A DNA stretch of 64,000 bases, from NCBI GenBank assembly GCA_965227515.1, contig CBDDFZ010000001.1, forward strand, positions 3,712,001 through 3,776,000, given 5' to 3'. The translations under genes and the position numbers were made by a program. This DNA comes from Alphaproteobacteria bacterium (GTDB lineage: Bacteria > Pseudomonadota > Alphaproteobacteria > CALKHQ01). The notes under the pieces are model-generated. The model was not told the origin of the DNA. It searched no databases and saw only the letters and a list, made by a program, of their open reading frames with translations. Positions 46,898-56,546 of this stretch are shown here, piece after piece. Each line of letters opens with the position of its first letter. Position 1 is the first letter of the stretch.

Positions 46898-48523
46898 CTA
46901 ACGAAGATGGAACTGTATGGGCACGACGAGGGCCAAGGTTGACCGGCCTAACGCGGTGGGGATGGGCGGAAACGGCGCCGCGCGGCGCACCATGTCGAGC
47001 GTGGCATCGTCCAGCAGGCTGTGGCCCGACGAGGCCTGGATCGATGCCTGCACCAGATTGCCGTTGCCGTCGATGGTGAACGCGAGCATGGCGACGCCCT
47101 CCTGCCCGCGATCGCGCGCGCGTTCGGGATAACTCTGAGAGCGGGCAAGTTGTGCTTGCAGCGCAGCAATGTAGGACGCCTGCACGGCGGCCGCGGATGG
47201 ACCTCCGGGGCCCAGGCTTCCGCCACCGGCCGCGCCGTCCGGCCCCGGTCCTTCGCTGTCGCCAGCGGCCTGGTCCGTCGCTTGACCGTTGCCCGCGCTC
47301 GCGATGTCCTCAGAAGAGGCGCCATCCGGCGCGGCAGGGGCCGCCGGTTCAGGCGTCGCGGCCGGAGGGGCCGTGGCCTGTTGCGGGGGCGGTGGCGGGG
47401 CAGGCTGCGGATCCGCCGAGCGGCTGGGCATCATTGGGGGCGGAGCCGGCATGTCGTTGGCCACAACCTCGGCATCTGCATCCGGCGGTGCCCCGGCATC
47501 GACCGCTTCCGTTGGGTCAGTGATGGTGGCGTTGGCCAACAGCACCTCGGCAACCTCAAGCGACGGCTGCGCCTCGGCGGCACGCGGCACATCTGGCGTG
47601 ACCGCAAGATCTGGGGACGCATCGGCGGTGAGTTGGGGCGGGACCGCTGGGACCTCGTCGGCCGGTTCAAGGCGTTGATCATCGGCCACGTTCCGTGTCG
47701 GCTGCAAAGCCGGCAGCGGCTGTTGCGGCGGATTGCCGGCTGCGGGGACCGGAACCACCGCTGGTGTTGCTTCGGCGGTCTCCGCTTGTTGCGGCGCCGA
47801 CTGCGCGGCCTGCATCGGCTCGGCTTGCTGGATGACCTCGGCAGGTGCGGGAGGCTGAGGACCTGTTGGGATCCGGTCCACGGCGGAAACCGCCACATCG
47901 GCCGGCGGCTCCGCCGCTTCCACCATCTGTGGTTCCACTGTCGGCGGCTCCGCCGGTACCGCAACGACTGCCGACTCAGACGCGTCCGCTTCCGCCGGGG
48001 TCTCCGTGGCGACGGCATCGGTCCTGGCGACTACATGCGGCGCGACAGCAACAGCAGGCACCGCGACCACCGGATCGGGGTGTAATCCCGCCGCCGGCCG
48101 CGCGGCAAAATCGGGAGCCGCACTCAGCGATGGTGCCTCAGAAGCGGATTGAGGCTCGTCCTGTCGGGCCGACTGTGGCTGTTGTGACAATGCTTCGGGT
48201 GCACTCTCAACCAGCTCAGCGGACGGTGGTTCCTCAGGTGCCGACGCCTCCGGAACGGGCGCCTGGCTGGCAACGTCCTCGGCTTCCACGGTTGCTACCT
48301 CGTTTGGGCGGGGCGGGGCGACGACCGCCGCGGACCCGGCAACAACCGGTTGCGCAGGCTGTCCGCTCCCGCCGCCGCCGATCTCGATGCTGACCGAGAC
48401 GCCCTGCCCGCCGCCGCGACCCCCTGACATCGGTGACGACGGCACGACGGCCAGGGCAGCGGCGAGATGCAGCGCCGTGGAGACCACGAGCACACAGGTC
48501 CAACGTTTGAGGGCGCGCCGCAT
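46898..48523 (-). CDS. tonB: Energy transducer TonB with an unusually long Pro/Ala/acidic linker
   Basis: N-terminal TM with SxxxH (STALH); C-terminal YPERARDRGQEG..SSGHSLLDDA..PFPPIP; start MRRALKRW. Confidence 0.85.
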   Translation of the reverse strand: MRRALKRWTCVLVVSTALHLAAALAVVPSSPMSGGRGGGQGVSVSIEIGGGGSGQPAQPVVAGSAAVVAPPRPNEVATVEAEDVASQAPVPEASAPEEPPSAELVESAPEALSQQPQSARQDEPQSASEAPSLSAAPDFAARPAAGLHPDPVVAVPAVAVAPHVVARTDAVATETPAEADASESAVVAVPAEPPTVEPQMVEAAEPPADVAVSAVDRIPTGPQPPAPAEVIQQAEPMQAAQSAPQQAETAEATPAVVPVPAAGNPPQQPLPALQPTRNVADDQRLEPADEVPAVPPQLTADASPDLAVTPDVPRAAEAQPSLEVAEVLLANATITDPTEAVDAGAPPDADAEVVANDMPAPPPMMPSRSADPQPAPPPPPQQATAPPAATPEPAAPAAPDGASSEDIASAGNGQATDQAAGDSEGPGPDGAAGGGSLGPGGPSAAAVQASYIAALQAQLARSQSYPERARDRGQEGVAMLAFTIDGNGNLVQASIQASSGHSLLDDATLDMVRRAAPFPPIPTALGRSTLALVVPIQFHLR

Positions 48524-48936
48524 CAGGGTGTCGCCAATATCGTCAGCAAGCGCACCTCCTGCACGCCGGCCGCGCGCGCCGCGTCGATCACATCCAGCAG
48601 GCCGCCGGCGGAAGCATTGGCGTCCGCCTTCACCCATACCGTCGATGAGCGATCCGCGGGCATGAGACGGTCCAGTTCGGCAGGCAGGTCGGCCAACGTC
48701 ACGACCGTGTCGCCGACGGCAACGCGACCGTCGCGGCCGATCAGGATCTCCACCTCGCGCTCGCCCGCCTCCGTCTCGCTGACCGATTGGGTGGGCTCCA
48801 GCGGAAACGGGCCTTGCGTCACGAACTGACCGGCCAGCATGAAGAACACAAGCAGCAGGAAGACCACGTTGATCAGCGGCAGGATGCCGTCTTCGCTGTC
48901 GACTCTAAGTCCGCGGCCGTGTCGGGTCCCGCGCAT
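48523..48936 (-). CDS. exbD: Biopolymer transport protein ExbD
   Basis: ILPLINVVFLLLVFFML, KADANA. Confidence 0.87.
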   Translation of the reverse strand: MRGTRHGRGLRVDSEDGILPLINVVFLLLVFFMLAGQFVTQGPFPLEPTQSVSETEAGEREVEILIGRDGRVAVGDTVVTLADLPAELDRLMPADRSSTVWVKADANASAGGLLDVIDAARAAGVQEVRLLTILATP

Positions 48937-48937
48937 A

Positions 48938-49366
48938 TTAGGCCCCGCGCTGCAAACTGACCGCGCCACCCACTTGGCGGCTCAGCACGTCGAGAAGATC
49001 GATCACCACCTGAACCGGCACGTCATCGGCCGGGCGCACGACCACGTTTAGCGCCGGATTGTCCGCAAGAAGCGTATCGAGCCGGTCCAGCAAGGTCGCA
49101 CGCTCGAGCGCCTGGCCGGACAGGCGAAGTGTGCCGTCGGCGCCCAGGTCCACGACCACCGCGCCGATCATGCCTTCGCCATCCATTGGCGACATCGGTG
49201 CCGCTGGCCCGTTGGCGAGCGAGATCGTCCGCCAATCCAGGAACGAGGACGCCAGCATGAAGAACACCAGCAGGATGAACACGACGTCGATCAGCGGCGT
49301 CAGGCTGATCATCCTGCGGCGGCGGTTAATCGACGGCCGAGAGCGACGCGCGCGGTTTGAAGCCAT
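48938..49366 (-). CDS. exbD: Biopolymer transport protein ExbD
   Basis: ISLTPLIDVVFILLVFFML; start uncertain. Confidence 0.87.
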   Translation of the reverse strand: MASNRARRSRPSINRRRRMISLTPLIDVVFILLVFFMLASSFLDWRTISLANGPAAPMSPMDGEGMIGAVVVDLGADGTLRLSGQALERATLLDRLDTLLADNPALNVVVRPADDVPVQVVIDLLDVLSRQVGGAVSLQRGA

Positions 49367-50084
49367 GCTTTCCATCGGGTTCCCAGACAGGCTGGCTGCG
49401 TTGCGGTACCGCCGGAATGGCGATGCGGCCGACCATGACCTCCAGGTCGTTGGCAAGACTTTCGATCGCCCTGTCGAACAAATTGACCAGCACCACGGCG
49501 GGCATCGCCACCGCCAGCCCCACGGCCGTGGTCAGCAGCGCCTGCCAGATACCGCCCGACAGGATGGCGGGATCGGCACGCGCGCCTGACCCCTCCAGGT
49601 TCTGAAACGCCTCGATCATGCCAAGGACCGTGCCGAACAGGCCCAGCAGCGGGGCGAGGCCGGCGATCAGCTCCATGATACGCATATGCCGACGCAGCTT
49701 TTCCGCTGCCTCGTCGATCAGGCGATAGGCCTCGGCACGGCCTGGCTCCTCTCCATAGGTGCGACGCGCCGCAATCGCGGCATCGACGATGCGGCTGGCG
49801 ATGCTCGGCCGCGCACCCGCGGGCGCCTGGCGGTCGCCCTGCCGGTAACACTCAACGAGTTGCCGTGCCCGCGCACGATGCCACACGCCCAACCGCAGGA
49901 ACTGGCCGCCCTTCATGAGCGCGACCGCGAGCAGCAGGATCGACAGTCCGACCAGGATCAAGACCACCGGCCCACCTGCGTCGGCAAAATCCATCAGCCG
50001 CGCGAGCACGTCGGGCGGTTGGGCATCGTCCAACTGGGAAACCGGCCCTGTGGCAGTTTCCGAAAACCGACCTTCCCCATCCAC
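49326..50084 (-). CDS. exbB: MotA/TolQ/ExbB proton channel protein
   Basis: APLLGLFGTVLGMI, GGIWQALLTTAVGL. Confidence 0.92.
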   Translation of the reverse strand: MDGEGRFSETATGPVSQLDDAQPPDVLARLMDFADAGGPVVLILVGLSILLLAVALMKGGQFLRLGVWHRARARQLVECYRQGDRQAPAGARPSIASRIVDAAIAARRTYGEEPGRAEAYRLIDEAAEKLRRHMRIMELIAGLAPLLGLFGTVLGMIEAFQNLEGSGARADPAILSGGIWQALLTTAVGLAVAMPAVVLVNLFDRAIESLANDLEVMVGRIAIPAVPQRSQPVWEPDGKHGFKPRASLSAVD

Positions 50085-50108
50085 GGTGCTGTCTCCAGGC
50101 GCCCGGCG

Positions 50109-50576
50109 CTACTTGAAGAAATCGGTCGCCAGGCGCGACGAGACCTCAACTACCGACAGGCAATCACCGGCGACCGGCGGCTCTGCTTCGCAAGCGATGA
50201 CCGTGTTCAGCAGGACACTGCCAATGCCGTCGCACGGCAGCGACGGGATCTCGAAGACGATCAGGCTCGTCTTGTCGGCCGGCAGCGGCGTCGCCGACAC
50301 CGCCAGCCGATCCGCAACAATGCCGTCGGCATCGAACAGCACGAGGTCCAGACGCAGGTCGCTGAAGGTCATGCCGGTGTGGTTGCGGAACAGCAGGTAC
50401 GGCTGACAGCCTTCGCCGGAGTCCGATAGCCGATTGAGTTCGACCTTCAGTTCCTGGCCACCCTCCGCCGCAGCCAGGTTCTCCGGCTCGACCGTCTCCT
50501 GAGCGCTTGCTTGCGCCGATATGGCTGCCAACACCGCCAAACCGCCAATCCAACCTTCCAGTGCTCGCGTCCCCAA
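50109..50576 (-). CDS. Secreted hypothetical protein heading the exbB-exbD-exbD-tonB unit
   Basis: Signal peptide; VELNRL..C..LDLVLFDADG..KTSLIVF..C..LLN..C..C. Confidence 0.7.
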   Translation of the reverse strand: MGTRALEGWIGGLAVLAAISAQASAQETVEPENLAAAEGGQELKVELNRLSDSGEGCQPYLLFRNHTGMTFSDLRLDLVLFDADGIVADRLAVSATPLPADKTSLIVFEIPSLPCDGIGSVLLNTVIACEAEPPVAGDCLSVVEVSSRLATDFFK

Positions 50577-50647
50577 TGCCCTTCGCCCCCTTGGTGCCGG
50601 CCAATCGTCAGCCGATGAGCAAGGCAGTAGAACCTTTCAGTTTGGAA

Positions 50648-50668
50648 TGCAAGTGACTCTCATTCGCA
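50648..50668. promoter_or_regulatory. Fur-like iron box 1 (TGCAAGTGACTCTCATTCGCA)
   Basis: 21-bp imperfect palindrome in the divergent heme receptor/TonB promoter region; matches two other copies. Confidence 0.7.
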
Positions 50669-50690
50669 CTTGACGGGCTGCGAGATGTTG

Positions 50691-50711
50691 TGAGAATGAC
50701 TCTCAATTGCA
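50691..50711. promoter_or_regulatory. Fur-like iron box 2 (TGAGAATGACTCTCAATTGCA)
   Basis: Same motif immediately upstream of the receptor gene. Confidence 0.7.
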
Positions 50712-50746
50712 TGGCTGCGGGAGGTTGCCGTGAGGGGGATTCCGAA

Positions 50747-52843
50747 TTGTATCGCGCAATCATCGGTGGTGCATGCACCACAGCAGGCGTGTTGGTCTTG
50801 AGCATGACAGCGGCGGCACAGGACGCCGAAACCGAAACGAACGGTGCGGGCTTTCTGGAGCCGATTCTTATGACGCCGCTCACCGTGAACGCACCCGGAC
50901 GCGATGAGCGCACGCTCCTTGAAACGCCGGGCACCGTGACCATCCTCACCGACGATGAGATGCAAAGGCTGCTCCCCTCGACGTTCGAGGACGTGTTCGC
51001 CACGACGCCCGGCGTCAACATCGATGGCGGCCCGCGCGGTGTCGCGCAGGAACCGAACATTCGCGGTTTTCGGGACGAGCAAGTGGTGCTTCGTCTCGAC
51101 GGTGCGCGGCAGAACTTCAACCGGGCGCACAGCGGTCGTTTCTTCATCGACCCGTCGGTCCTGAACCGGATCGAGGTTGTGCGCGGCGCGTCCTCCACGC
51201 TCTACGGGTCGGGCGCCATGGGTGGCGTCATCTCGCTGGAAACCAAGGACGCGCACGACCTGCTGGACGAGGAAGACAGCTTCGGCGGCCGTTTCCACAC
51301 CACCTACTCGACCAATGGCGGAGAATGGTTCAACGGCCTGACGCTCTACGGTGACTATGGCGACTTCGACGCGCTGGGGTTCGCCGGGTACCGGCCGATG
51401 AGCGACGACCTGGAGGACGGCGATGGCGCGCCGATCCTCAACAGCGAAGTCGACGTGCGAAACGGGCTGGTGAAATTCGGCTACGAGCCCGGCGCCAGCC
51501 AGCGGCTGGAATTCGGCGCGCTCTACTATCACGACGAAGGCACGTTGCCGCCGAATGCCAATGCCACCGCGACATCGACGACGATCGCAGATCGTAACGC
51601 CGACGTGCGCGGTTATCAGCTGTCCTACGAACTCGACCCGGCGGACAATGACCTGGTCGACCTGTCCGTACTCGCCTACATCAATGACCTGGCCATCAGC
51701 GAGGATCGCCTGGCGGACGGGCGCCTCGACGAGTCCAACTACCGGACCTACGGCTTCGACATCGTCAACCGCTCCGATGTGGAGCTCGGGCTGCCCGTGC
51801 GCCTGACATATGGGTTCGAGGGTTACCTCGACATGCAGACAGGCACCCGAAACGGGGCCGTGCGCCAACAGTTCCCCGACGCGGAGGCCCTGTACCTGGC
51901 CGGCTTCGCCCAGGCTGACCTGGAAGTCTCGGAGTTCTGGACCGTCTCGCCCGGCCTGCGCTTCGACTACTTCTCGCTGGACCCGGACACCGCCACGCAG
52001 CCCGAGCGCAGCGAGAGCCAGGTGTCGCCAAGACTGACCGTCAGTTTCGAGCCCAATGAATCGATGCTCATATGGGCAGGCTGGGCCCGCGCCTTCCGGG
52101 CGCCTTCGCTCACCGAACTCTACAATGACGGCATTCACTTCTCGGTGCCCGGTTTCGGGTTGGGCCCGTTTCTGACCTTCACCGGCAACAACCTGTTCAT
52201 CCCCAACCCTGACCTGAAAGCCGAACGGTCCAACTACTTTGAGCTCGGTTCCAGGCTGTATGACGATGACAGGCTGGTCGAAGACACGCGGATCATGGTT
52301 GCCGGCAGCATCTACTACGCCGAGGTCGATGACTATGTGGACACGTTCGTGACCTTCATCGACGCGGACACGACCACCGGCGCCTTTCCCGCCCAGTTCG
52401 TCAGCGGGTCGACCCGGACCCGCAACATCGATGCCGTGCTGTACGGCCTGGAGCTGGAGGCTTCGGTCGATGCACCGGCGTGGTTCTTTGGCGCCGGATG
52501 GCAGGTCCCGTACGGCGAAGCGGCGGACGGATCCCCGCTTGGCTCGATCCCGCAGACGAAGCTGGCCCTGACCGGGGGCTGGCGCCCCATGCCGGACTGG
52601 GAGGTTGGCGCCCGCGCGACCTTCGCCACCGGCCAAAAGGACGTGCCGCCCGACACCACGCAGGGCAGCGGTTATTCGGTCTTCGACGTGTTTGCGTCAT
52701 GGGAGCCGACCGAGGGACTGCTGGAAGGCATGGCCTTTCACGCCGGCGTCGACAACGTGCTGGACCGACAATTCACCATCTATCCGAACGAACTGCCCCA
52801 GCCGGGGCGGACGTTCAAATTGTCGGCCGCGTTCACGTTCTGA
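50747..52843 (+). CDS. TonB-dependent heme/hemoglobin receptor (HmuR/ShuA-like)
   Basis: Plug IEVVRGASSTLYGSGAMGGVI; FRAP and NPDL motifs with a His between them; C-terminal Phe; TTG start after GAGGGG. Confidence 0.9.
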   Translation: MYRAIIGGACTTAGVLVLSMTAAAQDAETETNGAGFLEPILMTPLTVNAPGRDERTLLETPGTVTILTDDEMQRLLPSTFEDVFATTPGVNIDGGPRGVAQEPNIRGFRDEQVVLRLDGARQNFNRAHSGRFFIDPSVLNRIEVVRGASSTLYGSGAMGGVISLETKDAHDLLDEEDSFGGRFHTTYSTNGGEWFNGLTLYGDYGDFDALGFAGYRPMSDDLEDGDGAPILNSEVDVRNGLVKFGYEPGASQRLEFGALYYHDEGTLPPNANATATSTTIADRNADVRGYQLSYELDPADNDLVDLSVLAYINDLAISEDRLADGRLDESNYRTYGFDIVNRSDVELGLPVRLTYGFEGYLDMQTGTRNGAVRQQFPDAEALYLAGFAQADLEVSEFWTVSPGLRFDYFSLDPDTATQPERSESQVSPRLTVSFEPNESMLIWAGWARAFRAPSLTELYNDGIHFSVPGFGLGPFLTFTGNNLFIPNPDLKAERSNYFELGSRLYDDDRLVEDTRIMVAGSIYYAEVDDYVDTFVTFIDADTTTGAFPAQFVSGSTRTRNIDAVLYGLELEASVDAPAWFFGAGWQVPYGEAADGSPLGSIPQTKLALTGGWRPMPDWEVGARATFATGQKDVPPDTTQGSGYSVFDVFASWEPTEGLLEGMAFHAGVDNVLDRQFTIYPNELPQPGRTFKLSAAFTF

Positions 52844-52891
52844 CCGGAGCGGGGCGGAGCGGACGCAATCCAAGCGGAAGGACAGTCAAGC

Positions 52892-53800
52892 ATGCATAAG
52901 GTACGAAAGTGCGTGTGGCGGGGGTTTGTCGTCGCCTGGGCCGCGGCAACCGCGGCCGCCGCGCCAATAGCTGCCGATCAGCCGGCGTCGCGTGTGGTGG
53001 CTGTCGGCGGCGACCTGACCGAGATCGTCTACGCACTCGGCGTGGGCGACTTGCTGGTCGGCGCCGACACCACCAGCACCTGGCCGGCCGCCGCGAACGA
53101 CCTGGCCAAGGTCGGCTATATGCGCCAGCTCTCGCCGGAAGGGGTGTTGTCCCTGGCGCCGGACCTCATCCTCGCCAGCGCCGACGCCGGTCCCCCGACC
53201 GCGATCGATCGGTTGCGCCAGGCCGGCGTCGACGTGCGCATCGCCCCCGACGAGACGACCGTGGCCGGGGTGGTCGACAAGATTCGGTTTGTCGGCGATG
53301 CCTTGAATGCCACTCAGGCCGCCAATGAGCTTGTCGTGCGTTTCGAAGCGGACATTGCGTCGGTCGAGGCAGCGATTGGGTCGCTTCCGGCCCGGCCCAG
53401 CGTGCTGTTCCTGATATCGACCGCGTCAGGCGCACCGGTCGCCGCCGGGCGCGATACAAGTGCTGAGGCTATCATCGCCATGGCCGGCGGGCGCAATGCG
53501 TTCGACGGTTTCGAAGGCTACAAGCCGGTGGGCGCGGAGGCCGTGATCGCGGCGGCCCCCGACGTGATCCTGTTGCCGACCCACGTAGTGGACGCAGCCG
53601 GCGGCATCAATGCCATCGTGGCGGCACCTGAGCTCGCCGCTACGCCCGCGGTGCGAGACGGCAATATCATCGTGATGGACGGGCTGTTGCTGCTCGGCTT
53701 CGGCCCGCGCACGGCCCAGGCGGCGATCCAACTCGCCCAGGAACTGCACCCGTCGCACGCGACCGACCTGGCGGAGACGTTCGACGACGTCACCGAGTGA
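52892..53800 (+). CDS. hmuT: Heme ABC transporter periplasmic binding protein
   Basis: GGDLTEIVYALG, heme-ligand Tyr in VGYMRQLSPEG, LLGFGPRT. Confidence 0.9.
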   Translation: MHKVRKCVWRGFVVAWAAATAAAAPIAADQPASRVVAVGGDLTEIVYALGVGDLLVGADTTSTWPAAANDLAKVGYMRQLSPEGVLSLAPDLILASADAGPPTAIDRLRQAGVDVRIAPDETTVAGVVDKIRFVGDALNATQAANELVVRFEADIASVEAAIGSLPARPSVLFLISTASGAPVAAGRDTSAEAIIAMAGGRNAFDGFEGYKPVGAEAVIAAAPDVILLPTHVVDAAGGINAIVAAPELAATPAVRDGNIIVMDGLLLLGFGPRTAQAAIQLAQELHPSHATDLAETFDDVTE

Positions 53801-53822
53801 GCCGCTGCGCATCCGTTCCGGC

Positions 53823-54866
53823 ATGAGCCGCCCGCAGGCGCTGGTCTGGCTGATGGCGGCAACGACGATCGGCCTGGCGGTCGCGGAGCTGGCGTTGGGA
53901 CCGGTGAATCTGGGCCTTGCCGAGATCGGCCGCGCGTTCGCCACGCTGTTCTCCCAGGGCACAGGGACCGACCCGGTGGCCGAGACCATCGTCATTCACG
54001 TGCGCCTGCCGCGGGTTCTGCTCGGCATCGCGGTCGGTGGCGCGCTGGGCCTTTCCGGCTGCGCGCTGCAAGGCATCCTGCGCAACCCGCTGGCCGAACC
54101 GGGCCTGATCGGGATCTCGGCCGGCGCAGCCGCCGGAGCGGTCGCGATGATCGTGCTCGGCGACCTCCTTGTCGAGACTATCCCACAGGCAGCCCGAACC
54201 TATGCCGTGCCCCTCGCCGCCCTGGCCGGTGCCGGCGCGGTCACCGCGTTTGTATTCAACGTCTCCAGCCGCTCCGGGCAGACGTCTGTCGCAATGCTGA
54301 TCCTGGCCGGCGTGGCGGTCAACGCCATCGCGGCGGCCGCCATCGGTGCGCTCATGTTCGTGAGCACCGATCAGCAGTTGCGCGACCTGACGTTCTGGAC
54401 GCTGGGCGGCCTCGGTGCGGGCGATTGGATTTCCGTGGGGATCGCGGCCGCCGCAATCACCGTGGCATCGGCCGTGCTGTGGCGTTTGCGACTGGCCCTC
54501 GACCTGCTGCAACTGGGCGAGCGTGCCGCGTTTCATGCCGGGCTGCAGGTGGAACGCAGCAAGCGGCAGATCGCGCTCGCCACCACCCTGGCGGTGGGGT
54601 GCGCCACAGCCGTTGCCGGGCCGATCGGCTTTGTCGGGCTGGTCGCCCCGCATCTCGCCAGGCTGATGCTGGGTCCTGCGCACCGCAGATTGATGCCGGC
54701 CTCCGCCATCGTCGGTGCCAGCCTGGTCCTGGCGGCCGACCTGGTCGTCAGGACCGTGGTGCCGCCGGCCGAGCCGCCGATCGGGCTGGCAACCAGTCTG
54801 CTGGGTGGACCGTTCTTCCTGTGGCTGCTGCTGACGCGTCTGCGCAGGTCAGCACCGTATGCTTGA
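53823..54866 (+). CDS. hmuU: Heme ABC transporter permease (FecCD family)
   Basis: RLPRVLL, RNPLAEPGLIG, GPIGFVGLVAPH. Confidence 0.9.
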   Translation: MSRPQALVWLMAATTIGLAVAELALGPVNLGLAEIGRAFATLFSQGTGTDPVAETIVIHVRLPRVLLGIAVGGALGLSGCALQGILRNPLAEPGLIGISAGAAAGAVAMIVLGDLLVETIPQAARTYAVPLAALAGAGAVTAFVFNVSSRSGQTSVAMLILAGVAVNAIAAAAIGALMFVSTDQQLRDLTFWTLGGLGAGDWISVGIAAAAITVASAVLWRLRLALDLLQLGERAAFHAGLQVERSKRQIALATTLAVGCATAVAGPIGFVGLVAPHLARLMLGPAHRRLMPASAIVGASLVLAADLVVRTVVPPAEPPIGLATSLLGGPFFLWLLLTRLRRSAPYA

Positions 54867-55704
54867 GGTCCGGTCTCTATCCCTGCGGCTTGGCGAGACA
54901 ATTGTCCTCGACAATGTGACGCTGTCGCTTCCCGAAGGCGAGATGACAGCGGTCTGCGGCCCGAACGGGGCCGGAAAGTCGTCGTTGCTGTCCGTACTTG
55001 CCGGCGACCGCCAGCCCAGCCAGGGCACCGCGCTGTGCGACGGCCTGCCCATGGCACAATACCCCGCGAATGCGCTCGCCGCACGGCGTGCGGTGCTCGA
55101 GCAGTCACCGAAGTTGGATGCGCCGTTCAGCGTACGGGATCTGACGGAATTTGGCCTTGCCAGCATGCCGGCACTCGCGCCGTCCGAGGTAACCGCCATC
55201 GTAGACCGGGCGCTTTCCATGGCAGGCGTGGCACACCTCTCGCAGCGCACGGTGAACACGTTGTCAGGCGGCGAGCGCCACAGGGCCCACCTGGCCAGGG
55301 TCTTGGCCCAGACTGCCGGCGGGCGGGCGCTTGGTCATGGCCGCCATCTCCTGCTCGACGAGCCAACCGCCAGCCTGGACCTCCGCCACCAGATCGGCAT
55401 CCTGAGGGCGGTGCAGGCATTGACCGATATTGGGACCGGGGTCCTGATCGTTCTGCACGATCTCAACCTTGCAGCCGCGTTCTGCGACAGGGTGATCCTG
55501 CTCGGCCAGGGCCGGGTGGTTGCCGATGGAGCGCCGGAAGACGTGCTGACGTCAGAGGGCCTAAGCACGCTGTTCGAGGCCCCGATCGCGGTGTCCCATG
55601 CGCCGGGACGGGCCTTGCGCGTTACGCCGGACCTGTCCAGCCGCGCTGTTTGCCGGCGGACCCCGAACGCCGCCGCGCGGGGCCGTTCCGCAACGGCTAC
55701 CTGA
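54859..55704 (+). CDS. hmuV: Heme ABC transporter ATP-binding protein
   Basis: GPNGAGKS, LSGGERHRAHLARVLAQ, LLDEPT, HDLNLA. Confidence 0.9.
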   Translation: MLEVRSLSLRLGETIVLDNVTLSLPEGEMTAVCGPNGAGKSSLLSVLAGDRQPSQGTALCDGLPMAQYPANALAARRAVLEQSPKLDAPFSVRDLTEFGLASMPALAPSEVTAIVDRALSMAGVAHLSQRTVNTLSGGERHRAHLARVLAQTAGGRALGHGRHLLLDEPTASLDLRHQIGILRAVQALTDIGTGVLIVLHDLNLAAAFCDRVILLGQGRVVADGAPEDVLTSEGLSTLFEAPIAVSHAPGRALRVTPDLSSRAVCRRTPNAAARGRSATAT

Positions 55705-56008
55705 GCTCCTGCACCGCCTCGAAACCCTCGAACTGCGGATGACCCAGATAGAGCCCCCGATTCTGGCCGGCATCGGCATGAGCGCGCCGGAACGCTTCCG
55801 ACTTCGTCCAATCCTCGAAGGCGGACTGCGAGGCCCATTCGGTGTGCGAGGCGTAGAGCGTGTGGTCGTCGTTTTCCGGCCCCTTCAGCAGGTGAAAGGA
55901 CTTGAAGCCGGGCACCGAACGCAACTGGCTGTCGCGGGTTTTCCACACCTGCTCGAAATCGGCCTCGCTGCCGCGCCGCACCTGAAACCTGTTCATTGCG
56001 ATAAACAT
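55697..56008 (-). CDS. Antibiotic-biosynthesis-monooxygenase family, IsdG/HmuQ-like heme-degrading enzyme
   Basis: MFIAMNRF, VPGF, WTKSEAFRRAH (Asn/Trp/His pattern); adjacent to heme uptake genes with a Fur-like box upstream. Confidence 0.85.
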   Translation of the reverse strand: MFIAMNRFQVRRGSEADFEQVWKTRDSQLRSVPGFKSFHLLKGPENDDHTLYASHTEWASQSAFEDWTKSEAFRRAHADAGQNRGLYLGHPQFEGFEAVQELR

Positions 56009-56093
56009 CTGGAAGTCGCCTCTACCTGTTTGGTTGGCGGAGCATCGCGCGTCGGCAATCCTCGCCCCTGGTCCTCACGTGCCGCTCAGTTTA

Positions 56094-56114
56094 TGCGAAT
56101 GATACGCACTCGCA
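56094..56114. promoter_or_regulatory. Fur-like iron box 3 (TGCGAATGATACGCACTCGCA)
   Basis: Imperfect palindrome upstream of the IsdG-like gene. Confidence 0.7.
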
Positions 56115-56313
56115 ACAAAAATCCCCTGAGGGGTGTCGAAAACCAGGCAGCGAGGTAGCTGGAATGAAGTTCGATCCGGCAAGCCGTCAGACCGTTGGGT
56201 TTGACGCCGCCTGGTTTCTGATACCGGGGTCTGGCCTGCAACGCTTCGGGCGGCTCCAAGAGCCTTCATTGGCTTTCGCGTTCGGGCACGAACCGTGTTG
56301 ATCGTGGTGCGTC

Positions 56314-56538
56314 CTAGAGCAGCAACAATGCCAACACGGCATAAGTGATAACCGTGCCGATCAGAACGATCCCGACGACCCTGGCACCGGACCGGCGATC
56401 CCGCCGATCATCGCGGCGTCTCGCAATTCGGCGTTGGCGCGCGCCCGCGACTTTTCGACGAGATTTGCCGGGTGGCGGCTCCGCCAGACCGATCATTGGA
56501 CGAGCCGGAGCCACGCTCGCCGGGTCGATGTGTTCCAT
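56314..56538 (-). CDS. Small hypothetical protein with an Arg-rich segment and a C-terminal transmembrane helix
   Basis: Starts 9 nt after the SEL1 gene stop; C-terminal VVGIVLIGTVITYAVLALLL. Confidence 0.55.
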   Translation of the reverse strand: MEHIDPASVAPARPMIGLAEPPPGKSRRKVAGARQRRIARRRDDRRDRRSGARVVGIVLIGTVITYAVLALLLL

Positions 56539-56546
56539 GTTGCCTG

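Noticed and set aside
55697-55704. 8-nt convergent overlap of hmuV and the IsdG-like gene
   Set aside because: Short tail-to-tail overlaps are common; no sign of a frameshift
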